A stretch of 64,000 nt of DNA, taken from NCBI GenBank assembly GCA_964424115.1, contig CAYRHN010000017.1:16579-80578 (forward strand), given 5' to 3'. A model generated the notes under the pieces. That model was not told the DNA's origin. It ran no database searches and was given only the letters and a program-made list of their open reading frames with translations. Shown piece after piece: positions 9,978-18,801 of the stretch; the stretch's first letter is position 1, and every line of letters begins with the position of its first letter. The translations under genes and the position numbers were made by a program. The stretch is from an uncultured Anaerolineaceae bacterium (GTDB lineage: Bacteria > Chloroflexota > Anaerolineae > Anaerolineales > Anaerolineaceae).

Positions 9978-11178
9978 CTTCGTCCTTCAACAGGCGCACG
10001 CACTCCTTCAATTCAGCGCGCCGCCGCTCATAAACGGCATCTTCGATCTCCCCGGAGTTATGCAGATCGTCCAGGGCTAAGATCGAATCCAGCAGGTCGT
10101 CCATCTCCTGCGCCGGCTGGGCATCCACCGCCAGGCTTGCGCCGTTCCCGGCCTCAGCCAGGTCGCGCTTGCGGCGAATGAGGAACCAGGCCGCCAGCGC
10201 CGCCAGGGCCAGTCCCAGCCCGATCACCCCGATCCATATCGGATTGAATTGGGAAGAAGACGCGAATGTAAAGCGCAGTACATTCTCCGCAGCCAGTTCG
10301 CTGGAGGTGTAGACGTGCATCTTGGTGCCGTCGGACATGGTGCGGTCGCCGCTGTCGGACAGGGCCGTGCCGGAGACGCTCAGGGCCGGGTCGGTCACCA
10401 TAATGATTGCCTGGCGCACCGGCATATGCACCGGCAGGGCAAATTCATCCCCGTTCTTATAAGCCAGTTTCATCGTATAAAACATCTGGTAATTGCTGCC
10501 GGGCTGGACGCTGGCGGTATCCCCAAAACCGTCGTCTGTCCCCACCAGCGTGGTCGTATCGTTCATGTCCGAGAACTGCAAGTTGGTAGCCCCGGCCGGA
10601 ATGGCAAAGCGCAGCACCGGCTTTCCGGCTTCTGCGGCGCCCACCACCCGATCCATAGGATTATTGATCACATACCAGAGCGAGACCTGCAGCACGCCCT
10701 CGCTGACCGGCTCCAGGATCACATGCAGGCGGGTGGCTTCCAGCTTGGATGTGTCGGTGGAGGCTTCTGCCAGGGTGAAGGTTAACTCAACCACATCTCC
10801 ATTCCGGATGGGATTGCTTTCGGTCCCCAGCATGCCCTGGTCGGAGATGAAATCCACGCCCTCATAGACAATGTAAGCGGCAAAGACGCGCCCCTCGGAA
10901 AGCGGCACGCCCTCAAAGCGGAAGGAGCCGTCGACCTGCACCGGAGCGCGCCCGTTCCACAGCAGGACAAAGTCGCTATTATAGGCTTCCAGCACCACTT
11001 CCAACCCGTCCGGCAGGGGCTGCTCCGCAGACATGCTCACTCGCCCGGCAAAATCCGCCGCGCCGGTGACCTGCGGGGTGGGCGCAGGGGTTTGGGCCCG
11101 GGCCGGGCTGGAGCCAAGCGCCAGTCCCCCGGAAACAACCAGCAAAATGATGATGAAGAACACAGCAAAACGGCGCAC
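9964..11178 (-). CDS. secreted or membrane-anchored protein of unknown function embedded in the ccm operon
   Basis: It has a signal-like N-terminus (FFIIILLVVSGGLALG), a beta-rich body, a C-terminal TM helix (IWIGVIGLGLALAALAAWFLI) and an acidic cytoplasmic tail. Its stop overlaps the ccmA start. Confidence 0.6.
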   Translation of the reverse strand: MRRFAVFFIIILLVVSGGLALGSSPARAQTPAPTPQVTGAADFAGRVSMSAEQPLPDGLEVVLEAYNSDFVLLWNGRAPVQVDGSFRFEGVPLSEGRVFAAYIVYEGVDFISDQGMLGTESNPIRNGDVVELTFTLAEASTDTSKLEATRLHVILEPVSEGVLQVSLWYVINNPMDRVVGAAEAGKPVLRFAIPAGATNLQFSDMNDTTTLVGTDDGFGDTASVQPGSNYQMFYTMKLAYKNGDEFALPVHMPVRQAIIMVTDPALSVSGTALSDSGDRTMSDGTKMHVYTSSELAAENVLRFTFASSSQFNPIWIGVIGLGLALAALAAWFLIRRKRDLAEAGNGASLAVDAQPAQEMDDLLDSILALDDLHNSGEIEDAVYERRRAELKECVRLLKDEDAGE

Positions 11179-11201
11179 AGGAGCTCCTTAGTAAGTTTGC
11201 A

Positions 11202-11702
11202 TCAGAGGGCCGCGCCGCACTTGGGGCAGAAACGGTCTTCTTTTGCCACTGGCCGGCCGCACTTGGGGCAGAAGCCGGAGGATTTGTCCGCGCCGGGGCG
11301 GCCTGCACGTTCACGCAGTTCGCGGCGGCGGGCAGCGATCAACTGCTCGATCTCATCGCCGGCCGCAGATGGCCGGGCCGGGGCAGGTTTTGCGGGCTGG
11401 GCGGCCGCCAGTGCATCCAGCTTGCGCAGCACATCCGCGCCTGCCAGCACCAGCCGCGCGCGTTGGGCCGGGTATTCTTCCGGGCTGGCCTTGCCCATCG
11501 CCTGGTCGAAATCCAGATCGGCTAAGGCATTCAAGATGCGGTCTTTGTCGGCCAATAACGCCGAAACCTGGTGGTCGGTGCGTTCCGCCTGACGGGCCAG
11601 CAGCGGTTGGGTCTCAAAACGCCGGTCAAAAAATGGGCGGCTGATGAATACGCCCACCAGGAGCGCCACCGCCAGGATCAATAATATTGCGCCTAGGTCC
11701 AT
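11202..11702 (-). CDS. CcmI-like N-terminal module (TM plus helical region) fused to a C-terminal zinc ribbon
   Basis: The internal Met start MDLGAILLILAVALLVGVF was chosen. The helical block ILNALADLDFDQAMGKASPEEYPAQRARL resembles the CcmI/CycH N-terminal region. The C-terminus CPKCGRPV..CPKCG is a zinc ribbon. Confidence 0.5.
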   Translation of the reverse strand: MDLGAILLILAVALLVGVFISRPFFDRRFETQPLLARQAERTDHQVSALLADKDRILNALADLDFDQAMGKASPEEYPAQRARLVLAGADVLRKLDALAAAQPAKPAPARPSAAGDEIEQLIAARRRELRERAGRPGADKSSGFCPKCGRPVAKEDRFCPKCGAAL

Positions 11703-11715
11703 AAGCTCCCTTCCC

Positions 11716-12285
11716 TTATTTTCCGGCCAGTAGCGGATCAATCGCGGCGCGAATTTCCTCGTAAGAGGTGAACTCGCCGCGCAGGATGAAGGCCAGGCGG
11801 CCTTCCTGATCGATGATATAGGTTTCCGGCACGCCGGTGACGCGGAAGATGCGCCCAATGCGTTCGCTGTAATCCGGGCCGTTGGTGTAGCTCACCGCAA
11901 ACTTATCCATGTATTCGTGTGCCTTCGGCTCCACATCCTTCCAGTTCACGCCCAGAAAGACCACCTTACCGTTATCCTGGTAATACTGCCAGGCTTGCTC
12001 CAGGTAACCAGCCTCGTTCTCGCACGGCACGCACCAGGAAGCCCACACATTGACCAGCACCACCTTGCCGCGCAGGTCTTGCGTATTGATCTGCTCGCCT
12101 TCGAAAGTGGTCAGGGTGAAGTCGGGCACCACCTGCCCTTTTTGAACGGTGGCATTCACATCCATCAACCGCCAGGCCAGCAATCCCACAAACAGGATTA
12201 CCACCACATAGATGGCAATGAACTCCCAGCGCAGCCATTTGCTGCGGGCGGGTTTGGGCGGAATGGGGGGTTGGTTTTGGGTCAT
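11716..12285 (-). CDS. ccmG: thiol:disulfide oxidoreductase, CcmG/DsbE/ResA (TlpA) family
   Basis: It has an N-terminal TM anchor and a thioredoxin fold with the active site WASWCVPCENE. Confidence 0.85.
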   Translation of the reverse strand: MTQNQPPIPPKPARSKWLRWEFIAIYVVVILFVGLLAWRLMDVNATVQKGQVVPDFTLTTFEGEQINTQDLRGKVVLVNVWASWCVPCENEAGYLEQAWQYYQDNGKVVFLGVNWKDVEPKAHEYMDKFAVSYTNGPDYSERIGRIFRVTGVPETYIIDQEGRLAFILRGEFTSYEEIRAAIDPLLAGK

Positions 12286-12318
12286 GGTTCAGTTTCTCCT
12301 CATTTCGGCGGCATCGGC

Positions 12319-12897
12319 CTACCGGCGGGCTTTCTTACGGGTTTCCAATTCCGCCTCCAGGCGGGCAATATACGGATCATTGGCAGGCAGCAGCGGTCCG
12401 GCTGGCGCGCCCGGCGCAGCCGGCTTGGAATTCCACGAGAGCAATTTGCTGGCGGTTACCACCACCGCCGCCAGGATCGCCACCCCAGGAATAATATAGA
12501 TCAACGGGTTGGGCGGAACCGGCAGCACCTGGTCGCCGTACAATTGCAGGAAATACATTTTAATCCGGTCGGCGCTCCAACCTTCGGCCAGTTTCTGTCG
12601 GATCAGTTCGCGCCAGTCGGCGCAGGACTGCGTGCCGCACACATCCAGCGGCACATTGCTGCACACCGGGCAGTATAACCCGCGTGCCACATCATTCACC
12701 TGGTCGTCGCTGATCCCGCTGGTATCTACGGTGGGGGTCGGGACCACCTGGGTGGTCTGGGGGGTGGGGGTTCCTTGCCCGGTCTGCGCGTACACCGGCG
12801 CCGCCGCGGTCAGGGCCGCCAGCGCCAGCGCCGCCACAGCCAGGAATATCGCAATAATGAATATTTTCTTCGGTTGCATCGGCTGAATTTCCTTCAT
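12319..12897 (-). CDS. ccmH: cytochrome c-type biogenesis protein CcmH
   Basis: It has a signal/TM segment, the CcmH-type redox motif RGLYCPVCSN (LRCxxC-like) and a second TM helix. An alternative ATG lies at 12879. Confidence 0.8.
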   Translation of the reverse strand: MKEIQPMQPKKIFIIAIFLAVAALALAALTAAAPVYAQTGQGTPTPQTTQVVPTPTVDTSGISDDQVNDVARGLYCPVCSNVPLDVCGTQSCADWRELIRQKLAEGWSADRIKMYFLQLYGDQVLPVPPNPLIYIIPGVAILAAVVVTASKLLSWNSKPAAPGAPAGPLLPANDPYIARLEAELETRKKARR

Positions 12898-12900
12898 AGA

Positions 12901-14919
12901 TCAGGCGGATTCCCGCTTGGGCCAGGCCGCTACCAGCGTGCCAAAAATAAAGACCAGCGTGCCGACCCACAGCCAGCTCACCAGCGGGTTGTTGTACACC
13001 TTGAGGGTCACGGCAGAGTCGGATATGTTCTCCCAGTTGACCAGGATGATATACAGATCGTCCGATAACGTGGCGCGCGTCCCTGGCAGGGTGACCGTTT
13101 GCATCGTGTCGAAATACAATTCGGTGCGCGGGGTGATCCGCCCCAGGTTAACCCCATTGCGGGTCACGTCGATCTTCGCCTCCACGGCGTTGTAACCCTG
13201 CGAGACGGTGTCGTCGATGAAATCCAGCCCGCGGTAGGTGAGCGTATAGCCTGCCAGTTCCAGGCTTTTGTCCTTTTCCACCCGCCCCTGTGTCTGGGTC
13301 TGGAACATTTCGATCCCGATAATACCCAGCGCCATCAGCACCACGCCCAGATGGATGATCATCCCGCCGTAGCGGCGCCGGTTCAGCCCGGCCAGACGCC
13401 AGAGCGCCGTGGGCAGCGGCTCGCCGGCATTCTTGTGGCGCAGCCACACCCCCCTGCCGTACTCAAAGAGGGTCAGCAGCCCGGCCAGGGCCACCCCCCA
13501 GATCGCCAGCAGCGAGGCAAAGGTGAAAATACCGGTCAGCCCCACGCCAATCACCAGCGCCAGCGAAAGGCCCAGCGGAATCCAGGCCGTGGCACCCAGC
13601 GAGCGGACCATGCTGCGTCCCCAAATAGAGAGCGGCGCCACGCCCATCAGGATCACCACCGCCAGGAAGAGCGGCCCGGCCGTGCTTTCATAATAATCCG
13701 CGCCGACCGTGGCGCGCACCCCGGCAAATAATTCCGAGATGATCGGATAGAACACCCCCCAGAAACAAACTACCAGAATGCCCACAAAGAGCAGGTTATT
13801 GAGCATGAAAAGCGACTCGCGCGATAGCAGCGAGGTCATTTGCGTCTCCCCGCCCAGCGAACTCCAGCGTCTCACCACCAGGCTGACCGAGAAGAGCATC
13901 ATCAGCGCCACAAAGATCAGGAAGGTCAGCCCGATCTTGCTGTCGCTGAAGGCATGCACCGAGGTCAGCAGCCCGGAGCGGGTCAGGAAAGTGCCCAAAA
14001 TAACCAGCAAGTAGGTGATGATGACCAGGATCAAATTCCAACGTTTGGCCAGGCCGCGCTTCTCTTGCAAGACAACCGAGTGCAGCAGAGCCGTGCCGCT
14101 GATCCAGGGCATCAGCGCCACCACCTCCACCGGGTCCCAGCCCCAGTAGCCGCCCCAGCCCAGCACGTCATACGCCCAGCGGCTGCCCAGCACCAGGCCG
14201 ATCGAGAGAAACAACCAGCCGGCCAGCGTCCAGCGGCGCGTGATGCGGATCCAGCGGTCGTCGCTGCGCCCGGTGATCAAAGAAGCTACCGCAAAGGCGA
14301 ACGGGATCACCAGCGAGACAAAACCCAAATACTGCATGGGCGGATGGAAGACCATCCCCCAGTGGCGCAGCAGCGGATTAAGCCCGGAACCATCCGGCAT
14401 GCTGAACGGCACCGCCCCGGCAACCGGCGCAAAGGTGGCCACGGTGCGCACCCCGCTGGGCAGTTCCCAGATGCGCGCAAAGGGATTATCAGCAAAGACC
14501 GACAGGCCCACAAAGAAGGCCAGCGTCACCAGCGAGACTGCGATCACCCAGGGCTGGAATTCGCGGTCGCGGTTCCACTTGCGCAGGGTGACCGCCGAGG
14601 CAAAGCCCGACATGGTCAGCGACCAGAAGACCAGCGAACCGGACTGTCCGCCCCACAGCGCGGTAACCTTCAGATACGTGGGCATGCCGCGGCTGACCAC
14701 CTCATAGACGTAGCCTACCTCAAAGTGGTCGTTGACCAGCAGGTAGATCAGGCTGAGGGCTGCCAGCAGCAGCAGCGGAAAGGTGAGCAGCATGGCCAGG
14801 CGCGCGCTTTCCACCCAGGCCAGCGAATTCTTGCGCGCCCCGAACACGGCGGCAAAAATCCCGTACAGCGCCACCACAAAGGTCAGCGCCAGGATACCAA
14901 AACCAAAATCTGGGATCAT
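12901..14919 (-). CDS. ccmF: cytochrome c heme lyase subunit CcmF
   Basis: 672 aa and polytopic, with the WWD motif WGGYWGWDPVE. It lies between ccmE and ccmH. Confidence 0.9.
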   Translation of the reverse strand: MIPDFGFGILALTFVVALYGIFAAVFGARKNSLAWVESARLAMLLTFPLLLLAALSLIYLLVNDHFEVGYVYEVVSRGMPTYLKVTALWGGQSGSLVFWSLTMSGFASAVTLRKWNRDREFQPWVIAVSLVTLAFFVGLSVFADNPFARIWELPSGVRTVATFAPVAGAVPFSMPDGSGLNPLLRHWGMVFHPPMQYLGFVSLVIPFAFAVASLITGRSDDRWIRITRRWTLAGWLFLSIGLVLGSRWAYDVLGWGGYWGWDPVEVVALMPWISGTALLHSVVLQEKRGLAKRWNLILVIITYLLVILGTFLTRSGLLTSVHAFSDSKIGLTFLIFVALMMLFSVSLVVRRWSSLGGETQMTSLLSRESLFMLNNLLFVGILVVCFWGVFYPIISELFAGVRATVGADYYESTAGPLFLAVVILMGVAPLSIWGRSMVRSLGATAWIPLGLSLALVIGVGLTGIFTFASLLAIWGVALAGLLTLFEYGRGVWLRHKNAGEPLPTALWRLAGLNRRRYGGMIIHLGVVLMALGIIGIEMFQTQTQGRVEKDKSLELAGYTLTYRGLDFIDDTVSQGYNAVEAKIDVTRNGVNLGRITPRTELYFDTMQTVTLPGTRATLSDDLYIILVNWENISDSAVTLKVYNNPLVSWLWVGTLVFIFGTLVAAWPKRESA

Positions 14920-14934
14920 AGAAAGGGCTGCCTC

Positions 14935-15414
14935 TTAGTTGATTGGGGTCTCTTGGGGAATGGCTTCCTCGTACTTGGAAGGGCACTTGAGCAGCAGCTC
15001 GGTGGCGTAGAATTTGCCGTCCTCGCCCATCCGACCGGTCATGATCGCCTGCGCCTCGTTCTTCAAAAGGTCGGGTTTGGCCCCGTAATACACCACCTGC
15101 AGGCGGGAGCGGGTGGGGTCAAGGGTAGCGTTGTGCAACGCCTGCCCCATGCCGCCTTCGGCTTCGATCTGTGCATTATCGCCTGGCACATTGACCACCG
15201 TGAAATTGATCTCCAACGTATCCGGGTTGATCGTGATCGTATCGCCCAGCACCGCGCCGGAAACGCGCAAATCCTTACCCATTACATCGCTGCCCCTGGC
15301 GAGGATCTCGTCAATCGTCATGTAATATTGGGTGTTGGCGCTCAAGGAAGATACCATTAAGAAGATGATCGCGCCCGCAATCAACAATCCGCCGATCAAG
15401 AACTTGGTTTGCAT
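14935..15414 (-). CDS. ccmE: heme chaperone CcmE, CxxxY variant
   Basis: It has an N-terminal TM anchor and an OB-like body. The C-terminal LLKCPSKYEE sits where canonical CcmE has HDENY, so Cys replaces the heme-binding His and Tyr is kept at +4. Confidence 0.85.
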   Translation of the reverse strand: MQTKFLIGGLLIAGAIIFLMVSSLSANTQYYMTIDEILARGSDVMGKDLRVSGAVLGDTITINPDTLEINFTVVNVPGDNAQIEAEGGMGQALHNATLDPTRSRLQVVYYGAKPDLLKNEAQAIMTGRMGEDGKFYATELLLKCPSKYEEAIPQETPIN

Positions 15415-15521
15415 AAATGCACTGGCCTCCGGTTAACAGGTTTGAAGGGAACCGCTTGCGTGCTGGGCAGGCGCCCAGTCGGATTTCTTGCATCGAAAAT
15501 GCACACCCTTATTTTGTCATA

Positions 15522-15542
15522 TTCAGATTAAGAGAATCTGAA
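15522..15542. promoter_or_regulatory. 8-5-8 inverted repeat upstream of ccmE (possible operator)
   Basis: TTCAGATT-aagag-AATCTGAA lies in the AT-rich spacer about 110 bp upstream of the ccmE start. Confidence 0.25.
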
Positions 15543-15618
15543 ATTTGTGCAAAATGGAACAAAGTGATAAATCACCTTATTCGATGCGAATTGTCATCAA
15601 TTATATCAGAAACCCCGC

Positions 15619-15984
15619 TTATTTGACTTCGCGTTGCAGTACCTGCACTTCGTCCCCGCTGGTCAGGGTCAGACTGTCGCCGGCCACCTCCCAGGTCATG
15701 CGGATCGGATCTTCTCCCGCGTTCCCCACCAGGATGGTCTGGTCGTCTAAAAATTCAAAGGTTGTCTCCAGGTACACCCCTTCCGAACCGAGCAGTAGCT
15801 TCCCGCCGCGCTGAAAATCAAAGACCAGATCGGCCTGCGCCTTGGGATCTTTGTAAATCCAGCGCCCGTAGATCAAATCGCGCGGCCCGCCAGGCTGCGG
15901 GGTAGGCGAAGCGCAGGCGGCCAACCCCAACAGCACGGCAAACAATCCGGCCAGAAGAGCGGTTCGAGCAAAAGATTTCATCAT
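15619..15984 (-). CDS. small lipoprotein, lipocalin-like, paralogue of 16191..16547
   Basis: It has the lipobox LGLAAC. The body (YGRWIY.., FDFQRGGKLLLG, FEFLDDQTILV, WEVAGDSLTLTSG) aligns block for block with the neighbouring gene. Confidence 0.6.
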   Translation of the reverse strand: MMKSFARTALLAGLFAVLLGLAACASPTPQPGGPRDLIYGRWIYKDPKAQADLVFDFQRGGKLLLGSEGVYLETTFEFLDDQTILVGNAGEDPIRMTWEVAGDSLTLTSGDEVQVLQREVK

Positions 15985-16133
15985 TTCACCTCAGCCAAGA
16001 TTCTACTATAAATCAACGTCAATTCGGGTGAAAGGGAAAATAATCGACCATGGCAGCCCACCCCTACGGGAATGATTGCTCCCTGCCTCTCAAGGTGAGA
16101 TGACTGCTCCAATTCACGTCCGGCGTAATTCAT

Positions 16134-16167
16134 AAAAAAATCCCCCGGATGTGTCCGCATCCGGGGG
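16134..16167 (-). terminator. rho-independent terminator downstream of the lipoprotein gene
   Basis: The cccccggatg-tgtccg-catccggggg hairpin is followed on the minus strand by a T7 run. Confidence 0.7.
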
Positions 16168-16190
16168 AAGGACGTACAAGAATTACAAAA

Positions 16191-16547
16191 TTACTTAACG
16201 CGGGTCAAGGTTTGAGCCTGGCCATCGGCGGTCAGGGTCAGGGTATCGCCTTCGACCTTCCAGTCCATGGTGGTGTCGGTGCCGCCAAGGGCTTCCATGC
16301 CGGTCAGCTTGATCGTGTCGTCATCGACAAATTCGTACTTCATATCGACGGACATGCCGCTCACGCCGAGGGTCAGGGTGCCATCTTGCTTGAACTCGAA
16401 TTCCATGGTCATGCCACTGGCTTCGTCAGCGAGGCTCCACTTTCCGTACAGGGCAGCCCGGCCGGAAGCGCCGCCGCCACAACCCAGTGCAGAAAGCAAC
16501 AGGATCATAGCAATGAAGGCGCTCAAGATACGCATAGTTTTGGTCAT
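16191..16547 (-). CDS. small lipoprotein, lipocalin-like, paralogue of 15619..15984
   Basis: It has the lipobox LSALGC. The blocks YGKWSL, FEFKQDGTLTLG, YEFVDDDTIKL and WKVEGDTLTLTADG match the paralogue. Confidence 0.6.
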   Translation of the reverse strand: MTKTMRILSAFIAMILLLSALGCGGGASGRAALYGKWSLADEASGMTMEFEFKQDGTLTLGVSGMSVDMKYEFVDDDTIKLTGMEALGGTDTTMDWKVEGDTLTLTADGQAQTLTRVK

Positions 16548-16728
16548 CTTATCTCTCCTTAAAAAAGTAATTTAATGGGTGTCAACATGAGGTCGGACTC
16601 CCTCACGTAATTACGAAATATTATAAACCTACCAATAAATTAAATCAACCTGAGAAACCTTAAAAAATCATATCCTATCAGATGGGACGCCCGGCCCATT
16701 CTGCCCACCTTCTTTACACACCTTTCCC

Positions 16729-17157
16729 TCAGGGCTGCACCACCACCAGCGTGGCCGTCATGCCCTCTTCCAGGTCGCCGGGCAGGCTGCTTACGATCTG
16801 ATATTCGCCAGGAGCCGCCGGAGCGGTAAAGGTCAGCGTTGCCCCTTCTCCCGCCGCCAGCGCCGCCTGGTAATAAATTTCTTTCTCGTCGGCTGCGTCG
16901 AAAGGCGCCTCGGCCGGTGATGCCATGATGGTGAAGTCGTGCGGCGCCGCGCCGCTGTTGGAGAGGGTCAGGGTGATCTGCTCCCCGGCCGGGACGGTGA
17001 TGCGCTCCGGGCGGAAGGCAAACTCGCCCATGCTCATTTCCACCTCGGTGGAGCCTTTCAGGATCTCCTCCTGTACGCCGAGCCCGGGAAAGCCAATGCA
17101 GCCGCCAAACATCATGCAGGCAGCCAGGGTTGCAAACAATATCAGGCGTTTGAACAT
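16729..17157 (-). CDS. cupredoxin-fold lipoprotein with a degenerate type-1 copper site
   Basis: It has the lipobox FGGC. The cupredoxin pattern EFAFRPERITVPAGEQITLTLSNSGAAPHDF .. PGEYQIVSSLPGDLEEGMTATLVV is present. The first His and the Met are kept, but the Cys and the second His of the C..H..M loop are absent. Confidence 0.6.
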   Translation of the reverse strand: MFKRLILFATLAACMMFGGCIGFPGLGVQEEILKGSTEVEMSMGEFAFRPERITVPAGEQITLTLSNSGAAPHDFTIMASPAEAPFDAADEKEIYYQAALAAGEGATLTFTAPAAPGEYQIVSSLPGDLEEGMTATLVVVQP

Positions 17158-17166
17158 ACTGCCTCC

Positions 17167-18801
17167 CTAATCCAGTTCGCGGTAGAGATACAGCTCGCCG
17201 CGTTTGAAACCGCGCGCCTCATAATATTTGCGCGTGCCGATCGCCGCGATGACCGCCAGGCGGTGGAAGCCCGCCGCGCGGGCGCGCTCTTCGGCCACCT
17301 GCAGCAGGCGCGTGCCCAGCCCCACATGCTGGGCAGCCCCGCGCTGCTCTCCGCCCACTGGCAGGGATTGCCCGTACACATGCACCTCGCGGATCAAGGC
17401 TGCCCCTTCCAGGTCAGGCATCTCGCGGGCCAGTTGATGGGGATCCTCCGGCAGGGAGAGGCGCAAGTATCCAGCCAGGCGGTCTTGCGGGGTGACAAAG
17501 GAGAGGAAATGTTCCTCGGCCTTGGCAGGGGCATAGACCAGGTCGTCCAGGCGCAGCTCCTCCGGGCGCACCGCCTCACCGCGCACCTCGCGGCAGCGCA
17601 CGCAGCGGCAGGCCTGCCCGCGCCGGGCCAGCTCGGCCAACGCATCCTGACGCAGGCTGGTGCGCCGGTTGCCGTCCACCACATGCGTGGAGGGGATGTC
17701 GCGAATGACGCGGTTCACCCGGCAATAGGCCGGGATGAGCGGCTTGATATCGGCGATCAGCCCGACCAGTTCCTCGGTGGAATAGGGGCGGTACTTGCCA
17801 AGCTGCCAGATGCGGTACAGCTCGGAATTCGCCAGCAGTTGGGTCGGGTAGATCTTGATCTCGTCCGGACAGTAACCCTGCCACAGACGGGCAAAATCAG
17901 CCCGGTCGGATTCCAGCGTGGCGCCCAGCAGGTTAGGCATCCAGTGCAACACGATCTTAAACCCGGCCGCGCGCAGCAGGGCGCAGGCACGCAGGGTTTG
18001 CTCGCTGGTGTGTCCACGCCGGTTAAGCTCTAAAATGCGGTCGTCCAGGCTTTGCGCGCCCATTTGCAGCTTGGTCACCCCCAGGCGGCGCAGCCAGGTC
18101 AGCTCGCGCGGGTTGATCGCGTCCGGGCGGGTTTCCACCACCAGGCCCACGTTGCGGTGGTCGGCGGTCTCATTCTCGTTGTGCAGTTCGGACAAATATT
18201 CCAGAATCGAGTCAGTTTCTCCCACCGGGCGCCGCTCGCGCCCGTTCAGCGCCTCAAAGCAGCCCTGCATGAACCCGGCCTGGTAACGGTGCGGGTAAGC
18301 GCTCCACGTTCCGCCCAGGATGAGCAGTTCCACCTTATCGGTCGGGTGGCCCACGTCCTCCAGCGCCTGCAGGCGGTTGCTGACCTGCGCATAGGGGTCA
18401 AAGGCGTTCTGCAGCGCCCGCCGCGCGCCCGGCTCATCTGAGAGATAGCTCTTGGGCATGCGCGACTCGGTTGGGCAAAAAATGCAATCCCCCGGGCAAG
18501 GATATTCTTCGGTCAATACGGTCACCGTGGTCACCCCCGAGAGGGTGCGCACCGGCTTCATGCGGATGCGCGCCAGCAAGGCCGGGTCAGGCTGCCATTC
18601 GCCGCTGCCGACCAGTTGCTTATAGGCCGCCACCAGGATATGCTTGGGCAGGTATCCGCCGCCCGGCTGGGGATAGCGGCGCATAGCGTGCTGCACATCC
18701 CGCCCCTGGCGGATCTCCTCCAGCACCAGGCGGGCAGACTGCATCTGCCTGGCGCTGTAGCGGCGCTTTTCCAGCCATTCCTGTGCGCTCTCGTCAGACA
18801 C
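17167..18801 (-). CDS. elp3: Elp3-like radical SAM / GNAT acetyltransferase (tRNA wobble uridine modification enzyme homologue)
   Basis: The radical-SAM cluster motif is CPGDCIFCP. The central Elp3 blocks (LLILGGTWSAYP, TRPD, KLQMGAQS) are present, and the C-terminal GNAT block is VHVYGQ..GLGTRLL..AE. A GTG at 18801 is preceded by GGAGGAG 7 nt upstream. The ORF track extends to 18888, and an ATG alternative lies at 18744. Confidence 0.85.
   Translation of the reverse strand: MSDESAQEWLEKRRYSARQMQSARLVLEEIRQGRDVQHAMRRYPQPGGGYLPKHILVAAYKQLVGSGEWQPDPALLARIRMKPVRTLSGVTTVTVLTEEYPCPGDCIFCPTESRMPKSYLSDEPGARRALQNAFDPYAQVSNRLQALEDVGHPTDKVELLILGGTWSAYPHRYQAGFMQGCFEALNGRERRPVGETDSILEYLSELHNENETADHRNVGLVVETRPDAINPRELTWLRRLGVTKLQMGAQSLDDRILELNRRGHTSEQTLRACALLRAAGFKIVLHWMPNLLGATLESDRADFARLWQGYCPDEIKIYPTQLLANSELYRIWQLGKYRPYSTEELVGLIADIKPLIPAYCRVNRVIRDIPSTHVVDGNRRTSLRQDALAELARRGQACRCVRCREVRGEAVRPEELRLDDLVYAPAKAEEHFLSFVTPQDRLAGYLRLSLPEDPHQLAREMPDLEGAALIREVHVYGQSLPVGGEQRGAAQHVGLGTRLLQVAEERARAAGFHRLAVIAAIGTRKYYEARGFKRGELYLYRELD

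Noticed and set aside
13840-15360. 506-aa plus-strand ORF over ccmF and ccmE
   Set aside because: It is a shadow ORF opposite genes with diagnostic WWD and CcmE motifs, and its translation is Arg/Gln/His/Pro-rich low complexity. The same reasoning applies to 8435..9334, 11917..12678, 16939..18033, 20229..20960 and 20957..21787.
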